Translations under genes and position numbers: made by a program
From: the human T2T-CHM13v2.0 reference genome, Homo sapiens
Reading direction: 5' to 3' (one strand)
Length of the DNA stretch: 64,000 nt
Assembly: GCF_009914755.1 (NCBI RefSeq)
Contig: NC_060928.1
The notes under the pieces: model-generated
Seen by the model: the letters and a program-made list of their open reading frames with translations, nothing else
Told to the model about the DNA's origin: nothing
Databases searched by the model: none
Shown: positions 1 through 14,591 of the stretch, in pieces
How positions within the stretch are numbered: the first letter of the stretch is position 1
Layout of the letters: every line of letters starts with the position of its first letter

Positions 1-1217
1 GTTGGGCTATCAGATTAAGAATCCCAAAAGACCTTGACAAGCTGAGGCAATGGATTCAAGCTAAAATATCATCTTAAGATGGTTTTATTTGGTTCCAAGA
101 AATCAATCACACAAGTATACCTTTGGAGATAAGAGCCTGGGATGCCATATATAAAGGAAAGATATAAATCCAAACCATAGAGTTATAGAAGAGGTGGCTA
201 CTTTAGTATTTTAGGAAAGTGGTGGGTAAGGGAAGAGAAAAGCAGGGATGGCAGTTCAAGAGATGCATATTCTTTCACTTTCCATGAAAGCATAGAGCTG
301 TAGCTATATGCTGAGAAGAGGGAGAGGATAGATAGTGTGAGATTGCAGATGCCAGAACAAGGAGATCTGATTATCTTGAGGGCGGGGAGTGAGGCCCAGT
401 GGGGAAGAATGAAGGTGGTATTAAGGGCATAGTTGGAAAGATTAGCCTGGGAAGAAATGAAGGTTGTATGTCTTCCTAGACAAGAGGGGTGGAGGTAAGC
501 CTACAGAAAAACATGGCCACTTTAAAGTTACAAGCATCGTGATGAGAAGGAGAGAAGAGATGGAAATAATGAAACTGGGAAGCTTCACCCTTCTCAGAAA
601 TGGTAGATGAAGTCACCTGCTAGGTGTGAAAAGGTGACATCCTCAGAGATGGAGAACTGTGAGACAAGGAACTGCAGATGTGGTCAATGCCAATGCAGAA
701 TGGGTCACTCAAAGCCTAAAGAAGTGAGGGCTTGGTGTGATATCATACCCTTTGTGTGATATATTGTGTCGTATCTTGTCACTTTCTTGATTTAAATGCT
801 ATGACGGCCACTCACTGCTTTTGGGGATAAAGATCAAAATTCTTAGCTGTTTTGCAGTCCCTCCATAATCTGGGCTGTCCTCCTTAGTGGCCTCGCCTTG
901 TTCCGGTCGTCAGTCACTGTGTTAAATATCCTTTGTTAGTGTTGCCAGCCCACCCTGTGCTTTAAGCTCAAAGGCTCAGCCTGCAATACAGTCTCCCAGC
1001 TCTTGGCCTAGTTAGCAACTGCTTCTTCTTCAGAATGCAGAGGAAATCTGACTTTCTCAAGAATGCTTCCCTAATCTATCTGACTAGTTTTGTTCCCCAC
1101 CCCTTGCATAGCACCCCTCTCTTCCTTTATATTTTGTCCTAAATGTAATTAAGTAAATCATTGTAAAGATAAATCAAGAGAAGGTAGGAAGAGAAATAAG
1201 AGTAAGTCATGTGAGTT

Positions 1218-1391
1218 CAGGATTGGTAGTATAATTTGTAGGTCCCAGTGCAAAATAAAAATGTGAGTGTCTTGCCAAAAATTATTAAGAAATTCAAGAC
1301 AATGACAGCAGAGCATGAAACCAAGCACAGGGACATCTGATCATGAAACTTTGTGTGACCGCCTGGGTCATCTACCCACGAAGCAGCCCTG
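1218..1391 (-). mobile_element. MER45A-like hAT-Tip100 non-autonomous DNA transposon
   Basis: CAG...CTG termini. The body matches the recalled MER45A reverse complement (cccagtgcaaaataaaaatg...aattattaagaaattcaagac...cagcagagcat). An 8-bp hAT-type TSD flanks it: tgtgagtt (1210-1217) / tgtgagct (1392-1399). Confidence 0.8.
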
Positions 1392-1805
1392 TGTGAGCTT
1401 CTCCTGCTGCAGACAGGGACTATGAATTCTCTGGATTTAACCCATGAATTGGCTGATTGACTCAATGGGAGTTTAAGAGTTAAGGCACTCTGCAATGCTA
1501 GTGAGGACAGTGTTGAAATGATGAACCACTGTCCTTAGAACAGAATAGGTTACAACAAGAAAGTAGAATGAGGCTGAGACTGGCTGAGTAGGAAACAGCA
1601 GAATGTCAATGCAGTAGAATTTTGGAGTGAAGGACGCAATAGAATAGAATGTCCATGCATTATTTATTAGTGCATCAAATTGGCATTTAATTTGTTGGTT
1701 CCTACTTTGTGTTGGAAGGAGAAGTCATTGACTTTTTCAGAGTATGACATAAAGGAAGACCTTGAGAAATTTTAGAGAGAGTCAGGTATGGAGTTGGAAG
1801 CTCAG

Positions 1806-2165
1806 TGATATGGTTTGGCTGTGTCCCCACTCAAATCTCATCTTGAATTGTAACTCCCATATGGGAGGAACCTGGTGGGAGGTGATTGAATTATGGGGGA
1901 TGGGTCTTTACTGTGTTGTTCTCGCGATAGTGAATGAGTCCCTGAGATCTGATGGTTTCAAAAAGGGGAGTTTCCTTGCACAAGCTCCCTTCTCTTGTCT
2001 GCCGCCATCTGAGACGTGCCTTTCACCTTCTGCCATGATTGTGCAGCCTCCCCAGCCACATGGAACTGTAAGTCCAATAAACCTCTGTTTTTTTTTTTTT
2101 TTTCGTAAATTGCCTAATCTCAGGTATGTCTTTATCAGCAGTGTAAGAAGGGACTAACTAATACG
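1806..2165 (+). mobile_element. THE1-family MaLR solo LTR inserted in a MIR
   Basis: Starts tgatatggtttggctgtgtcccca and ends ggactaactaatac. Internal aataaa. 5-bp TSD ctcag/ctcgg. MIR-like sequence resumes at 2166-2330. Confidence 0.9.
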
Positions 2166-2924
2166 CTCGGGTTTACTATTTATCAGCTCTGTGACTTTGA
2201 TAAGTTATTAACTTCTCTGTGTTTTGGATTTATTTTTTGTGGGGATGTAAAATTGGGATGATGTTAACATGTCATATGGTTGTTTCAAAGACCAAATGAG
2301 TGAACTGGGTTTATAGTAAATTCTTATAATTTTGTACTTGTACACAATTAATTTTCTCTTCAATGCCATTTTCTTTAAGTAAGTTAGTTGAATTCAGTCA
2401 CAGTATTACCATATATTATAAATAGCTAAAATTCATGATTAGACTTAGGTGGATGCAAAGAATGTATTTGTGTGCTTTGTGAAACTTGTAATGGCAACTT
2501 TGAGCAAAAGGAGCAAAATGTATAAACAAACTCATCTTCATTATAGTAAGTGCCAAATACATCTGGAACACATCAGCAAATTAGTGTTTAACATATTTCA
2601 GTGAACTCCAGCATTTTATATCTGTATTTCTACAGTCAGAGGGCTTTCTCTTGGGTACCTCGAGGTAATTACCAAGTGCTAGAAATTGTGGGAAACAAAG
2701 GTTAATGATCTATGGTTCTGTCTTCAGTTTTAGTAATTCATACGAGTAAGTATCTTTTATTTATTGAGCATAAAGTTTGTAGGTTTTTTTACTTTACAAT
2801 TAGGATGCCATTTATTTTAGGTTGCTCTGCTCTGGAGAATATTCTGATAAATTTCATAATCACTATGCCTAGCATTTTCATTGTACAAAGGGTCATCAAC
2901 AAAGTCATCTATATCATTACTAAT

Positions 2925-3480
2925 GGCTTCCCAATTTATATCACTAGCTTGCCTGAGTTCCAGGTATGTATCTATGATTGTCCACTAAACATCTTTACCT
3001 GCATATCCCTCAACACTTCAAACTCTACTTGTCCCAAGTAAAATTCTCACTCTTTTCTACAAACCCAGTTGCTTCTCTTAAACAACTAGTTTTTTGGCTC
3101 GTTCCTAATAGAAAGATTGCCTGGTGTTGTAGATTCCACCTTCTTTATAATTCTTGAATCCATACCCATCTTTTTATTGCTTTTGCTGTTGACCTAGTTC
3201 AGATTCTCATCATCTTTGACCCTAGCATGTCAATCACCTCTCACTTTTTAGTCTCCCTTTCTTTGAATCCACTCTACTCACAGGTTAGTCAGAACATTTT
3301 TTTTCTGAATTACAAATCTGATCATGCTTTCAATTACATTCTTGTTGTTCCCTAGATAAATTCCAAATATTCTAGCATGTAATGTAAAAATTTGCACAAT
3401 CTATTCCTAACACTTTTCCCCACCCATATCTTCTGACAATTCACTGCTCTTAGAGACAAGCACTGCATATCCCTAGAGTA
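2925..3480 (+). mobile_element. L2 LINE remnant
   Basis: Pyrimidine-rich, L2-like motifs (ctgagttccag, aaatctgatcatg, gataaattccaaa). Boundaries approximate. Confidence 0.55.
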
Positions 3481-3824
3481 CAGCAAAAGGCACCCTACCC
3501 TAGTGGAGAGAGCCAGGAAAGTCTTCTTGGAGATGACATTTGTGTCATTTCCAAGAAAGGATTCAAAGAAAAATTCTAGGCAAAATGGGAGGACCTCTGT
3601 TATGAGATGTATATAACAAATTATAATTGCTTATTTATACAGGCAAACAACATTAATACTAGGAAGCCTCATTTTTCTAATAGGTCCTAACTTTCACAAA
3701 TACTCATTTTTGTTGCTTTTTCTCTCTGTCAGCCTGTCTACATTTGATTTCCCTTGGAGATTCTCTCTAGTCTAATGGAATTCTCCTTATGGGACACAGG
3801 TCTTTGGTGGAAAAGCCTACACTA

Positions 3825-4380
3825 AGTTACTTATTAATTCAACACATAGTTGCTGAGTATTTAAAAATGCCAAACACTGTGCTACTTGTTGAGAATATAA
3901 TGGAGAACAAAACTGACCACTTTCCCTGCCATCATGGAACTTACATTCTATTTGGGGAGGCTATCAGTGAAAAGGTAAACTGAAAAAAAATTATAATAAA
4001 GTACAAAGGAATAATCCAGGGCCCAAGAAGATGGATAGGATATAATAAACTTTACTTAACGTGGTAGACACTGGAGGCTTCTCTGAAGGTGACATTGAGC
4101 CTGAGATCTGAAGAATGAGAATAGTATGTGGGGAACAGCATTCTAACTGGAAGGGTTAATGCATATAAAAATCTGGGGAAGGGACAGTATGATGATGAAG
4201 GTGGGGTGGAAGAGGGAGATGCAGTGGGGAGGTGCTGGTGGCATAATCTTCCATTTCAGAAGCTCTCTCTGGCTGCTGCATTCAGCACAGCTCAGTGGAG
4301 GGCAAGCACAGCCACAGGGAAGTCTGTTATTATCTGGTTGTAATTGTCAAGACCAGAATTGATAGCAGACTGGACTAGTC
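3825..4380 (-). mobile_element. L2 LINE 3' remnant
   Basis: Reverse-strand L2 3' motifs (attcaacacatagttgctgag, ccctgccatcatggaacttacattcta, gaaggtgacattgagcctgagatctgaag). Boundaries approximate. Confidence 0.7.
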
Positions 4381-4944
4381 AGCCATTAATAAAACACTCA
4401 GCACCCACTGTGCACTGATCTTTTGCTAGGATTGAAATATGATAAGACATCATCACAACACATAAAGAACAAATCCTTTAGTGGAAGAGAAACATTCAAA
4501 AACATCTCTTAAAGGATTGACACATAGTATATTAGCAGCATGAAAAATGAGCCAAGGCAACTCAGGGAAGGGAGTGATCATCCCTGGTGTAGCTGTAGCC
4601 AGGAGGCTTTACAGAGGAGACAGTAATTAGCTGGATCATGGTCTCCAAAGTTGAGAAAAGTGGACAGGTGGCCAAGAGTATAAGGAATATTCCCTGCTGT
4701 TGTTCTTTGTGGTGGGTGGCTGGGATTGAGGGTAAGTTCTCAGATCTTGGGTCTGGGCTGAAGAACTAGAAACAGAGCAAAAGTGTGTAAAATGCAGCCA
4801 GTTGTGTGTCTTTCACAATATAGTTCTTAGCAGCTTCAAAAGTAACCTTTTTTTGGCCTGTCTTCTGATCTTCTTTTCCATTCCCCTTATTCGGTGTAGT
4901 CATTGGCAAAGAGACTATTCCTAATGAAGTCGAGCTGACTTCAT

Positions 4945-5310
4945 AACCCCTGATGATCTGCGTGCTGTTCTACGGCTGACGTTTCCACTTTGATTGGATG
5001 GATGAGACAGAAAACAAAGAGTTGACTACTTCTGGTGATTAAAACCTCCCTTGATGATTTTTAAAAGGGATTGTTCAAAGCTTTTAGTATGTCTGAGTAG
5101 CGAATTACACTTTACTTCCCTAAAACTACTCCAGCAATTGTGCATGGACATAGCAGACTTTCTTTTCTGCTGCACAACACTACAGAGAATAGTTTTTTTT
5201 AAGAGTAGCAGCCTTTTAGTAGGAGATTAAGTGATTTGTGCATATATAATTTATAAAGCACTTGAAGCTTTTTGTATAAGAGCACGTTGGAAAGGTAAAA
5301 TTATTATTAC
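4945..5310 (+). mobile_element. Probable AmnSINE1 (Deu-domain ancient SINE) remnant
   Basis: ggatgagacagaaaacaaagagttgactacttctggtgattaaaa (from 5000) resembles the recalled AmnSINE1 core ggatgagacgtaaaaccgaggtcctgaccacttgtggtcattaaa. Colinear aattacac..cctaaa, aagtgatt and tttataaagcacttgaag...gtaaaattattatt 3' tail follow. Confidence 0.6.
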
Positions 5311-5551
5311 TTATGTTGTTATTAGCTTATTTTATCCTGTTCTCATGTGAGATATTAGTTTTTGAACTAATAATTCAAAGCAGAACTGTTGATCACAAAG
5401 AGAAAAAGAAATAGATTGGACAAACATAAAAATTAGGGCTGATCTGTCACAATAGATAAGATTGAGTAGTGTATGACATTTGTTTTTCTTTATAATATTA
5501 TATTCCTTATATATTGTAAGGAATATAATACATGATTATATTCCTTGTATT

Positions 5552-5945
<394 letters not shown>

Positions 5946-6429
5946 TGATTATTGTTGGGCAGACATTTTTTTCTTAGGTTCCTTTATAAATCAGATCCTG
6001 AGAGCAGTGATTTACTGGTGTGTGAGTGTGTGCAAACACACACACACACACAAATTACTTAAAACTACAAATTATTTGAAACTTCTGTTTTACTTTGGCC
6101 TCCATGCAGCTGATAAACAAAGAACCAAATGACATAATTATGATTGTAGTGTCTTTAATTTAAGGTGCAGAAAAAAATGAGCTTTTACTTCTCTGCCTTC
6201 CATCAAAGAGCTTGCCCTGGATACTGGTACCTTGTGGGTTTTCGACATTTGTTATGCCCAAGGGTTAGGAATGGGAATGGAGGCATGATATAAAGTTTGA
6301 TTAAGGCTTTGATCCCCTTTAGGCTAAAAAAAAAAAATCACAGGTTAAATTAATCTTTTTTCTATTATTCAGGTACATTAATTAAATTATTCTAAGATCC
6401 TTTAGATTATATACTTTGACTATATTTAT

Positions 6430-7222
<793 letters not shown>

Positions 7223-8381
7223 GTATTTACTTCAGGTTGATTTGAAATACTTCTTTCAGAAGGTGGAGAAGTTGATTTGCTTTAAATTCACTTGGTTTTA
7301 CTGAGTGTAATGGTGTGGCGTGGTGTGGTCAAATGAGTTCTGGGGTACTGGATTCTAATTCCAACTTAACGTGATGCTCGGCTTTGGTGTCCTCATCTCT
7401 AAATAAGGAGTTTGTATTATAGGTCCTCTAGGATTCCTTTCAATTCTTATTTCCTAATCTGGTTTCTGAAATTTTACAGCAAAGCTGTCCATATACACTC
7501 ATATATAATTATATGGTATATCATTAAAACACTTGTTTCTATAGAAATAAAAGGTATACATAACAGCCATATTAGTGGAGAGCTACTTGTTTAATATTTT
7601 TCCATTTTCACCCTCCTTGCTCTAAATGAAAAGAATGGTATCTTGCATGCGAATTAAATGCTGAGAGACTGAATATGGGGCATAATTGTCCTCGTTCAAA
7701 TTAGAAGTAAACTTTTCATCCTAAGGAGCAGGTCCCTCTCCCGTTTTTCTTGGTTGCATTACTGTTGTGTTTTGCTCATCAGCTTCTGTAGGAACCCGTG
7801 ACCTGGAGGAGTTGGAATTTGTGTTCTTAAGTATGTGATGCAACAGAGTCCATTGCACTTTGGAATGCCTGGACATATTAATGCTGGTGTTCCTGGGAAA
7901 TAGTGATATGGGTATTGCATTTTCTCTGTCTCCTATTTCCCATGGTTTCAACTGGTTGTAGTTCTTTGCCTTGGGACAGCTGTTATAGAGCACTTGGTAA
8001 ACTTTTCCTAGGACTTGCTTTGTGCTGCTTGTTGACTGCTCCACAGGCCACACAAGATGCCGTCTTTCAGGGCAGTGGGTTGTGAGCCCTTTATAAACCA
8101 TCCTAGTATGTTTTATCAGATGGAATGATTCTGAAGACACTTGCATGAAAATTACTAGAAAAAGGCAAAACAAAGCAATAACAACAAAAGAATATTGGTT
8201 GCTTTTCCTTCCTAACTGTTGTAATTTTTAATCCTAAGGGGAAGAAAAGCAATTATAAAATGGCATTATCCTTCTTAAGTCCTACATGGAATACAGCAAA
8301 GTTACAAACAAACAAATAAACTGAATAAATACTGCCTTTTTATGTTGTTGAAGCTAAAAGGTTATTGACAGGTTAGGTGTT

Positions 8382-8460
8382 TTAGGTTGAACCATATGAA
8401 ATTGCTGCTTTTCAGGTCAAAAAAGGTCAAATATAGATAATTTTTAATGGTTCAACCTAA
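8382..8460. mobile_element. MADE2 (Hsmar2-derived MITE)
   Basis: About 80-bp palindrome ttaggttgaaccat...atggttcaacctaa followed by TA. Confidence 0.88.
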
Positions 8461-8595
8461 TATAGAAGTTTTTAGTCTGGTTACAAAATAGAAATCTTTG
8501 GTTTTAAAGCTTATATCATTTGGAGTTTCTCCTCAGCCATATGTTTTACTTGGAAGAACATTTGGCTATTAGACGATATTTTAAAATTCAAACAA

Positions 8596-8644
8596 ATATA
8601 TATATATCTGTATATATATACATATATATACATATATATATATA
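8596..8644. repeat. (TA)n microsatellite
   Basis: Directly visible. Confidence 0.9.
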
Positions 8645-9122
8645 AAAGCAATGTAATTTTGAATAAATCCACTTCTTCCAAGGTAAAAAATTAAAAAGTT
8701 TAAGTTATATTTTTTTAAAAAAAGACTACATAGATTTAAAATAAGTATGCCAATAAGACTTTCCTCGTCCTTGACTTTTGAATCCATAAGTAAACACAGT
8801 GAAATGGAGTGGAAACAAAGCCTTTGCAAAATGAAATCTATGAAGAACTTTACTGTGAAAAATGACACCCTCTAATAGCCCCCAGAGCTCTCCAAAGGCA
8901 AAAATATACTCCACAAATTATTTTAATGAGTTGAGGGACAGACGTTTCCATCAGGAATGATTTAGCATCCACATGGGCAATTTAGGAGGAAACCAGATTC
9001 CTTCCTCTGTCCTGGCTTGGAGCTGACTCCCTCCAGCACCACTATCCATGGTCTAAACGTCCCCAGGCAATTCTTCAGCGTGGGTCTGTTCTCTCCAGGG
9101 TCAAGGAGGATGAGTCTCCGTA

Positions 9123-9157
9123 CAAAAAACAAAAACAAAAACAAAAACAAAACAAAA
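9123..9157. repeat. (AAAAAC)n simple repeat
   Basis: Directly visible. Confidence 0.9.
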
Positions 9158-10443
9158 AGGCAGGCAGGGTGGGGATAGAGTTAATTGTGGAGCTCACTGT
9201 GACTTGTTATTTTTGGACACTCCGGGGAATATGGCTGTGTCTGTTTTGGATGGCCCTGATTTCTTTTGGCTGTGGAAATACTGAAACCACCAGCTAGCTA
9301 CCTGCTGTCTCCAGAAGGCTGAAACCTTGAAAGGTAAATGCTAAGTGCCCCAGGTAGCCAAAGCATGACCTGTCTGGTTACTAAGGAACAATTTGCTCAG
9401 CTGGTTACTAAGTAAGACAGGGAGGAGGAAAGACAGGAAGAAAAACCAGTACAAGATATAGAATCCCCATCCCACCTTCAACCTGGATTCATTGTGCTTT
9501 CAAATTTTAGACTCCGATTATCAACCTGAGAAGAGAAGCAATCCTCTAAAATCTAGGAATCCTGTGGATGTAAATAAAAAGTCCTGAATGGCATTTTAGT
9601 TTCTTTCTCTGAATTGATATGCAAATTCCTAATTTACTTAAAGCACACTGTCGTGCATTATAATAAAGCCTAATACATGCTTCTATGTAATTATGCGTAA
9701 TAACCAGTGATCAGAGGGAGGAGGGAAGGCGAGAAGGGAATTGTGTTTCCAGCTGGCCCTCTACACCTGCAAATAACAGACAACTCCTTTCAGTGTAGAG
9801 GAAACAAGATAATGACAGTATGATATTAAATACAAACATTAATTCTTGGGAACAAAACATAAAGAAGAGGTCTTTCAATTAAGATGTGTGATAGTGAGCA
9901 ACTTAAATTACATTCCACATCATCTTAAGGAGAAATAAGACCAAGCAGAATGAAAACCTTAATTTGCTATTTACTGCTATACTCTGATGATATGAATCTT
10001 ATTATTTATTTAAAGAAATATTTGTCTGGACCACTTAAACCCTGTGGTAGGATCCACTTTTCATACTCATTTGGTTTGGTTTAAGAACTAAATTGCAATA
10101 ACATGGTCTCTCACTCTGAAAGGACAAATCAGATCCTAGAGGGAAAAATCTCAGGGTCCCAGGGGTGCCTCAATTCTGAGGAAACAAAAACAATATAAGG
10201 AAATGCTTTGTGAGCAGGAAAGTGTAATCCTAATATAGGAACTGTGGTCCCAGCTACTGTTACTGCGAGTTTTGTTATGAGAGGTGTCTTCCTGAAAAGT
10301 CATCTGCAGAAAGAATTTCTTGACATTTAAACTTACATCTCCGGGTGCAAGGTAGTTTAATATAGTCATTAGGACTTTTGAAGTTTTTCTGACCTGATTT
10401 TGCTTCCTAGTTTCATTAATTATTAGCTGTGTGATCTTGGACA

Positions 10444-10552
10444 AGTACATTTCTTAAAGCTTATTTTCAAGAAGACTTTTCAGCACAGGCCACAAAATTT
10501 CTGTTGGGTGCCCATTATGTTCCTAATATGATTATGTCACCATCCCTACCAA
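10444..10552 (+). repeat. 109-bp direct repeat, copy 1
   Basis: Base-for-base identical to 10938-11046 by manual comparison. Confidence 0.97.
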
Positions 10553-10590
10553 GATTAACTGTAGCTTATCAGTGCACTCCACCAAGGTAG

Positions 10591-10936
<346 letters not shown>

Positions 10937-10937
10937 G

Positions 10938-11046
10938 AGTACATTTCTTAAAGCTTATTTTCAAGAAGACTTTTCAGCACAGGCCACAAAATTTCTGTTG
11001 GGTGCCCATTATGTTCCTAATATGATTATGTCACCATCCCTACCAA
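10938..11046 (+). repeat. 109-bp direct repeat, copy 2
   Basis: Identical to 10444-10552. Confidence 0.97.
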
Positions 11047-11544
11047 AAGGATCTCAACATTTCAAGTAGAAGATTTGGGATGTAAATTGACACTTTTAAT
11101 TTAATGTGGTGAGTGTTAGGACAGTAGCAGGTATTGATGGGAGCCCTCAGTTCATCTTGGAAGACCAGAGAAGGCTGGTAGAGGGAGATGCATAAAGAGA
11201 CATGAAGAGGGAGCAAAGTGGGTTAGGTAAATAATTGGGAAGAGTTTTCCATACTTGGAGAAATACATAAACTAAAGTATGGATTTCAAACATTGAAGCA
11301 ATCACAGTGAGGAGGCTGTTCATAAAGGTGGTTGGAAAATTAGGTGGAGATGTTTCCTTAGTCCACACCAGGGATGGCCAACTTTGTTTTTCTTTTTTGC
11401 AAATGGTCAAGTAGTAAGTATCTGTAGTACTGAAAGGCATATGCTCTCTATCTCACCTACTCAGCTCTGATGTAGTGTGAAATGTGCCATATGTAAATAT
11501 GCCATATAACAGGTGATTTGTAAACAAATGACAAGTGTTCACTT

Positions 11545-11700
11545 TCTAGTGGCGTTAATTATTAGCTTTGTGGTCTTGGGCAAGTTACCTAAGCTTCTGA
11601 AAGCCTCAGTTTCTTCATCTATAAAGTGGGAATAAAAATAACTACAACTATAGCCAACTGAGAGCATACTCATGAAAATGAAAGAAAATAACATGCCTAC
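11545..11700 (+). mobile_element. MIR
   Basis: Core motif gtggtcttgggcaagttacctaagcttctgaaagcctcagtttcttcatctataaagtggg. Confidence 0.85.
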
Positions 11701-14512
11701 TCTATACCAGACCTACTTCCTGGGGTCTGTAGAAGGTTTGGGCCTGGATTTGGCCTGTGGGCCATAGTTTGTCAATTGCTGCATACCTTATATCATCAGC
11801 ATGATAAACCCACCAAATTCATTAGGTTACTACACATAAACTATAAAATGTCCTTTGATCTCATCTTAAAATTTTATCTTACGGCTTCTATTTTCCTTCT
11901 ATTTTAGTAATTTCCTGCATCAAAATGTAACATAGAATGAAGAATAAGATAGATGGAGCCCCCTTGGGCTTTCATTGCATTTATACTTATAGCTATGAAT
12001 GGGATTGTCTACTTTACTTGAGGAAAAACAGATGACTATTTAGATCACTAAATCTGTAGTCAGTACTTGGCTCTTAGAGATGAATGGTATTAAACTAACA
12101 TTTGTTGAATGAAGACTTTATGGTAGGCATATGCTAGATACTTTTATACACGTTATCTTATTTCTTAAGGTCTCGAACATAAATTACTACCACTGTTGTT
12201 TTATTCCTACATTTTTTCTTTTTTAATTTTGCAGACTACATTTTATTTCTTTATATTCTATTCAAAACCCATTTATTGACTTCTGCTTTCAAGCAAGATG
12301 AAGTAAAGAGAAAAAATTTACTCTCTCAACCAATTAAAACATTTGACAAAATGTACAAATTTGACAAAAATGTACAAATCAGCTATTTTCAGATATTGGA
12401 GAGAGGGCAGTTCATGACAATGATACTTGAGAGAGAAGAAATAAACAATGTGAACTGTAAAATAGCCCAAGCTTACTGAGGAGAGATTAATGACTAGAGC
12501 ATAGAAAGAGGAAACCAAGGAGAAGCTCGAATTGAAGAGACAAAGTGCAGAGTTCAGAGATAAAATGGAGGCTAATCACAAGGAAGATTTATGGGTAGGA
12601 GAGGACTGAACAGAGAAAGAGATAGCTGAAGAGATCTGCAGAAGGTCCCCTGCCCAAGTGTTCATGTGAGTACTACTCCATACCTGCATGTGAGAAAACT
12701 ACCCAAAACTAGAACTACTTGAAAGGAGTAGAAGGACCAATCCTGGAGGTCACACAAGGCCAGGAATAGTTTGACCATCAGCGAGAGTGGAAACAGCTCA
12801 GCACTGTGCTCAGTTGTAAGAAAGATTTCACAACTGTAGTGGGGCAAAGTTTGCCCTAGATTAAAGGCTGGACTAGCGCGGCTAAGATTTCAAGCAAGGC
12901 TTGAAAGGATCAAATAAATTCAATATAAGTTAGCTGTGTCTCAGAACAAACCTCAAGAATTTAAAAAAGAAAAGAATGCCTATTATTTAATTCAAAATGC
13001 ACATTCTGACATCCAATGAAAAATTACATGGCATCTAAAGGAGTAGGAAATACCATAATGAGGAAAAAGATCAGTAAATCAAAACTTAACCAAAAATTAT
13101 ATGAATGATTAGTAAACAAGACCATTAAAACAGCTTATAAGTATGTTAAAGAGAGACATGGAATACATTAAAAAGACCCAAATCAAACATCTAGAGATGA
13201 TAACATAATCGCTGAGGTGAAAAATACACTGGGTAGAATTAGTAGAACACTAGAAACAGCAAAGTAAATGTTTAGTGAACTTAAATCCACAGTAATAGAA
13301 ACTATCCAAAATAAAATACAAAGAGGAAAAAACCTGAATAAAAATTAACAGAGTGTCAGTGACCTGAGGAAAAATTTCAAGCAGACTAATATGCATAAAT
13401 GTGAGTCCCCAAAGGAGAGAGGAGAAGGATAAAGGAAAGAGAAGAAAACATGTATTTTTGGAAGCTTGAAATGTTTATAAATGTGATGAAAAATACAAAT
13501 TCACAGATCTAAGAATCTTAATGAACCTCAAGCAAAGCCACACCAACACAGGCTACAATCAAATTAAAACTGATGATAAAGAGAAAAGTCTTAAAGCAGC
13601 CCTAGAAAAAAAGACAGTACAGACAGAAGAACAGCAATAAGAGTGACAGCAGACTTCACAATGGAAACGACAGATATGAAGGCAGTGGAATAACATCTTT
13701 AAGTACTGAGATAAAACAATTGTCTTAGAATTCTTGCCGAGTGAAAGTATTTTTCAAAAGAGAAGGAAAAGAAAGACTTTTTCAGGCGTACAATAAATGA
13801 AAGAAGTCATCATTAGCGGTTCTGTATTGCAATAGTATTACAATAAATATTAAAAATCTTTCATACAGAGAACAATATCAATGGTGTTCTGGATTTATAC
13901 AATATAATGAAGTGCAGCAGAAATGGTAAATATATGGGTAAATATAAAATATTTTCTTTTTATATTTAAAATTACTCTAAAATATAATTGGCCACTTGAG
14001 GAAAGATCATTACAATATATCATATGTTTTATACCAACTGTGAAGGTAATGTATAACATGTTCACAAAATCAAAAAAGCTGAAGGGAAATGGAAGTATAG
14101 TATCATAATGTAATAATACCATATGTAAAATGGCATATTATTTGAAGGTACATTGTGATAAGGTAAATTTGTATGATGAAAACACTAAACTAACCACTAT
14201 AATGTGTAACTCATATACCAAAGAGAAAAAAAATGGAATTATTAAAAAAAACATGATCACAGTTTGTAGAAAAACAGAAAAGGGGAACAAAGAATAGATG
14301 AGATAAATAGAAAACAAATACAACCATTGTATATTTAAATACAACAAAATCAATAATCACATTAAATTTAAATAAACTAAACATGCCAAATAAAAGGCAG
14401 ATATTTCAGATTACTTAAAAAACAAGACCCAACTATATACTGCCTATAAGATATGCACTTTAAATATAAAGACAAAAATAGACTAAAATGGGAAACAGTG
14501 GAAGCAAGTGTA

Positions 14513-14591
14513 TTATGTTGGTGCAAAAGTGATTGTGGCTTTTCCCATTACTTTCAAAGCAAAAACTACAATTGCGTTTGCACCAAACTAA
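14513..14591. mobile_element. MADE1 (Hsmar1-derived MITE)
   Basis: About 80-bp palindrome ttatgttggtgcaaaagtgattgtgg...ctacaattgcgtttgcaccaaactaa flanked by TA. Confidence 0.9.

Noticed and set aside
4950-5097. C/D-box snoRNA-like motif order (tgatga...ctga...tgatga...ctga)
   Set aside because: The C boxes lack the purine of RUGAUGA, there is no terminal stem or recognisable rRNA guide, and the region is better explained as an AmnSINE1 remnant.
7721-8173. 150-aa minus-strand ORF in non-repeat DNA
   Set aside because: Non-ATG start, no recognisable domain or convincing splice context. Not supportable as a CDS.
10562-10572. tagcttatcag equals the first 11 nt of miR-21-5p
   Set aside because: The match stops at 11 nt and there is no miR-21 precursor context. 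It is compatible with chance.
12341-12379. Tandem 19/20-bp duplication atttgacaaaatgtacaa
   Set aside because: An ordinary slippage duplication with two units and no spacers. Not CRISPR-like.
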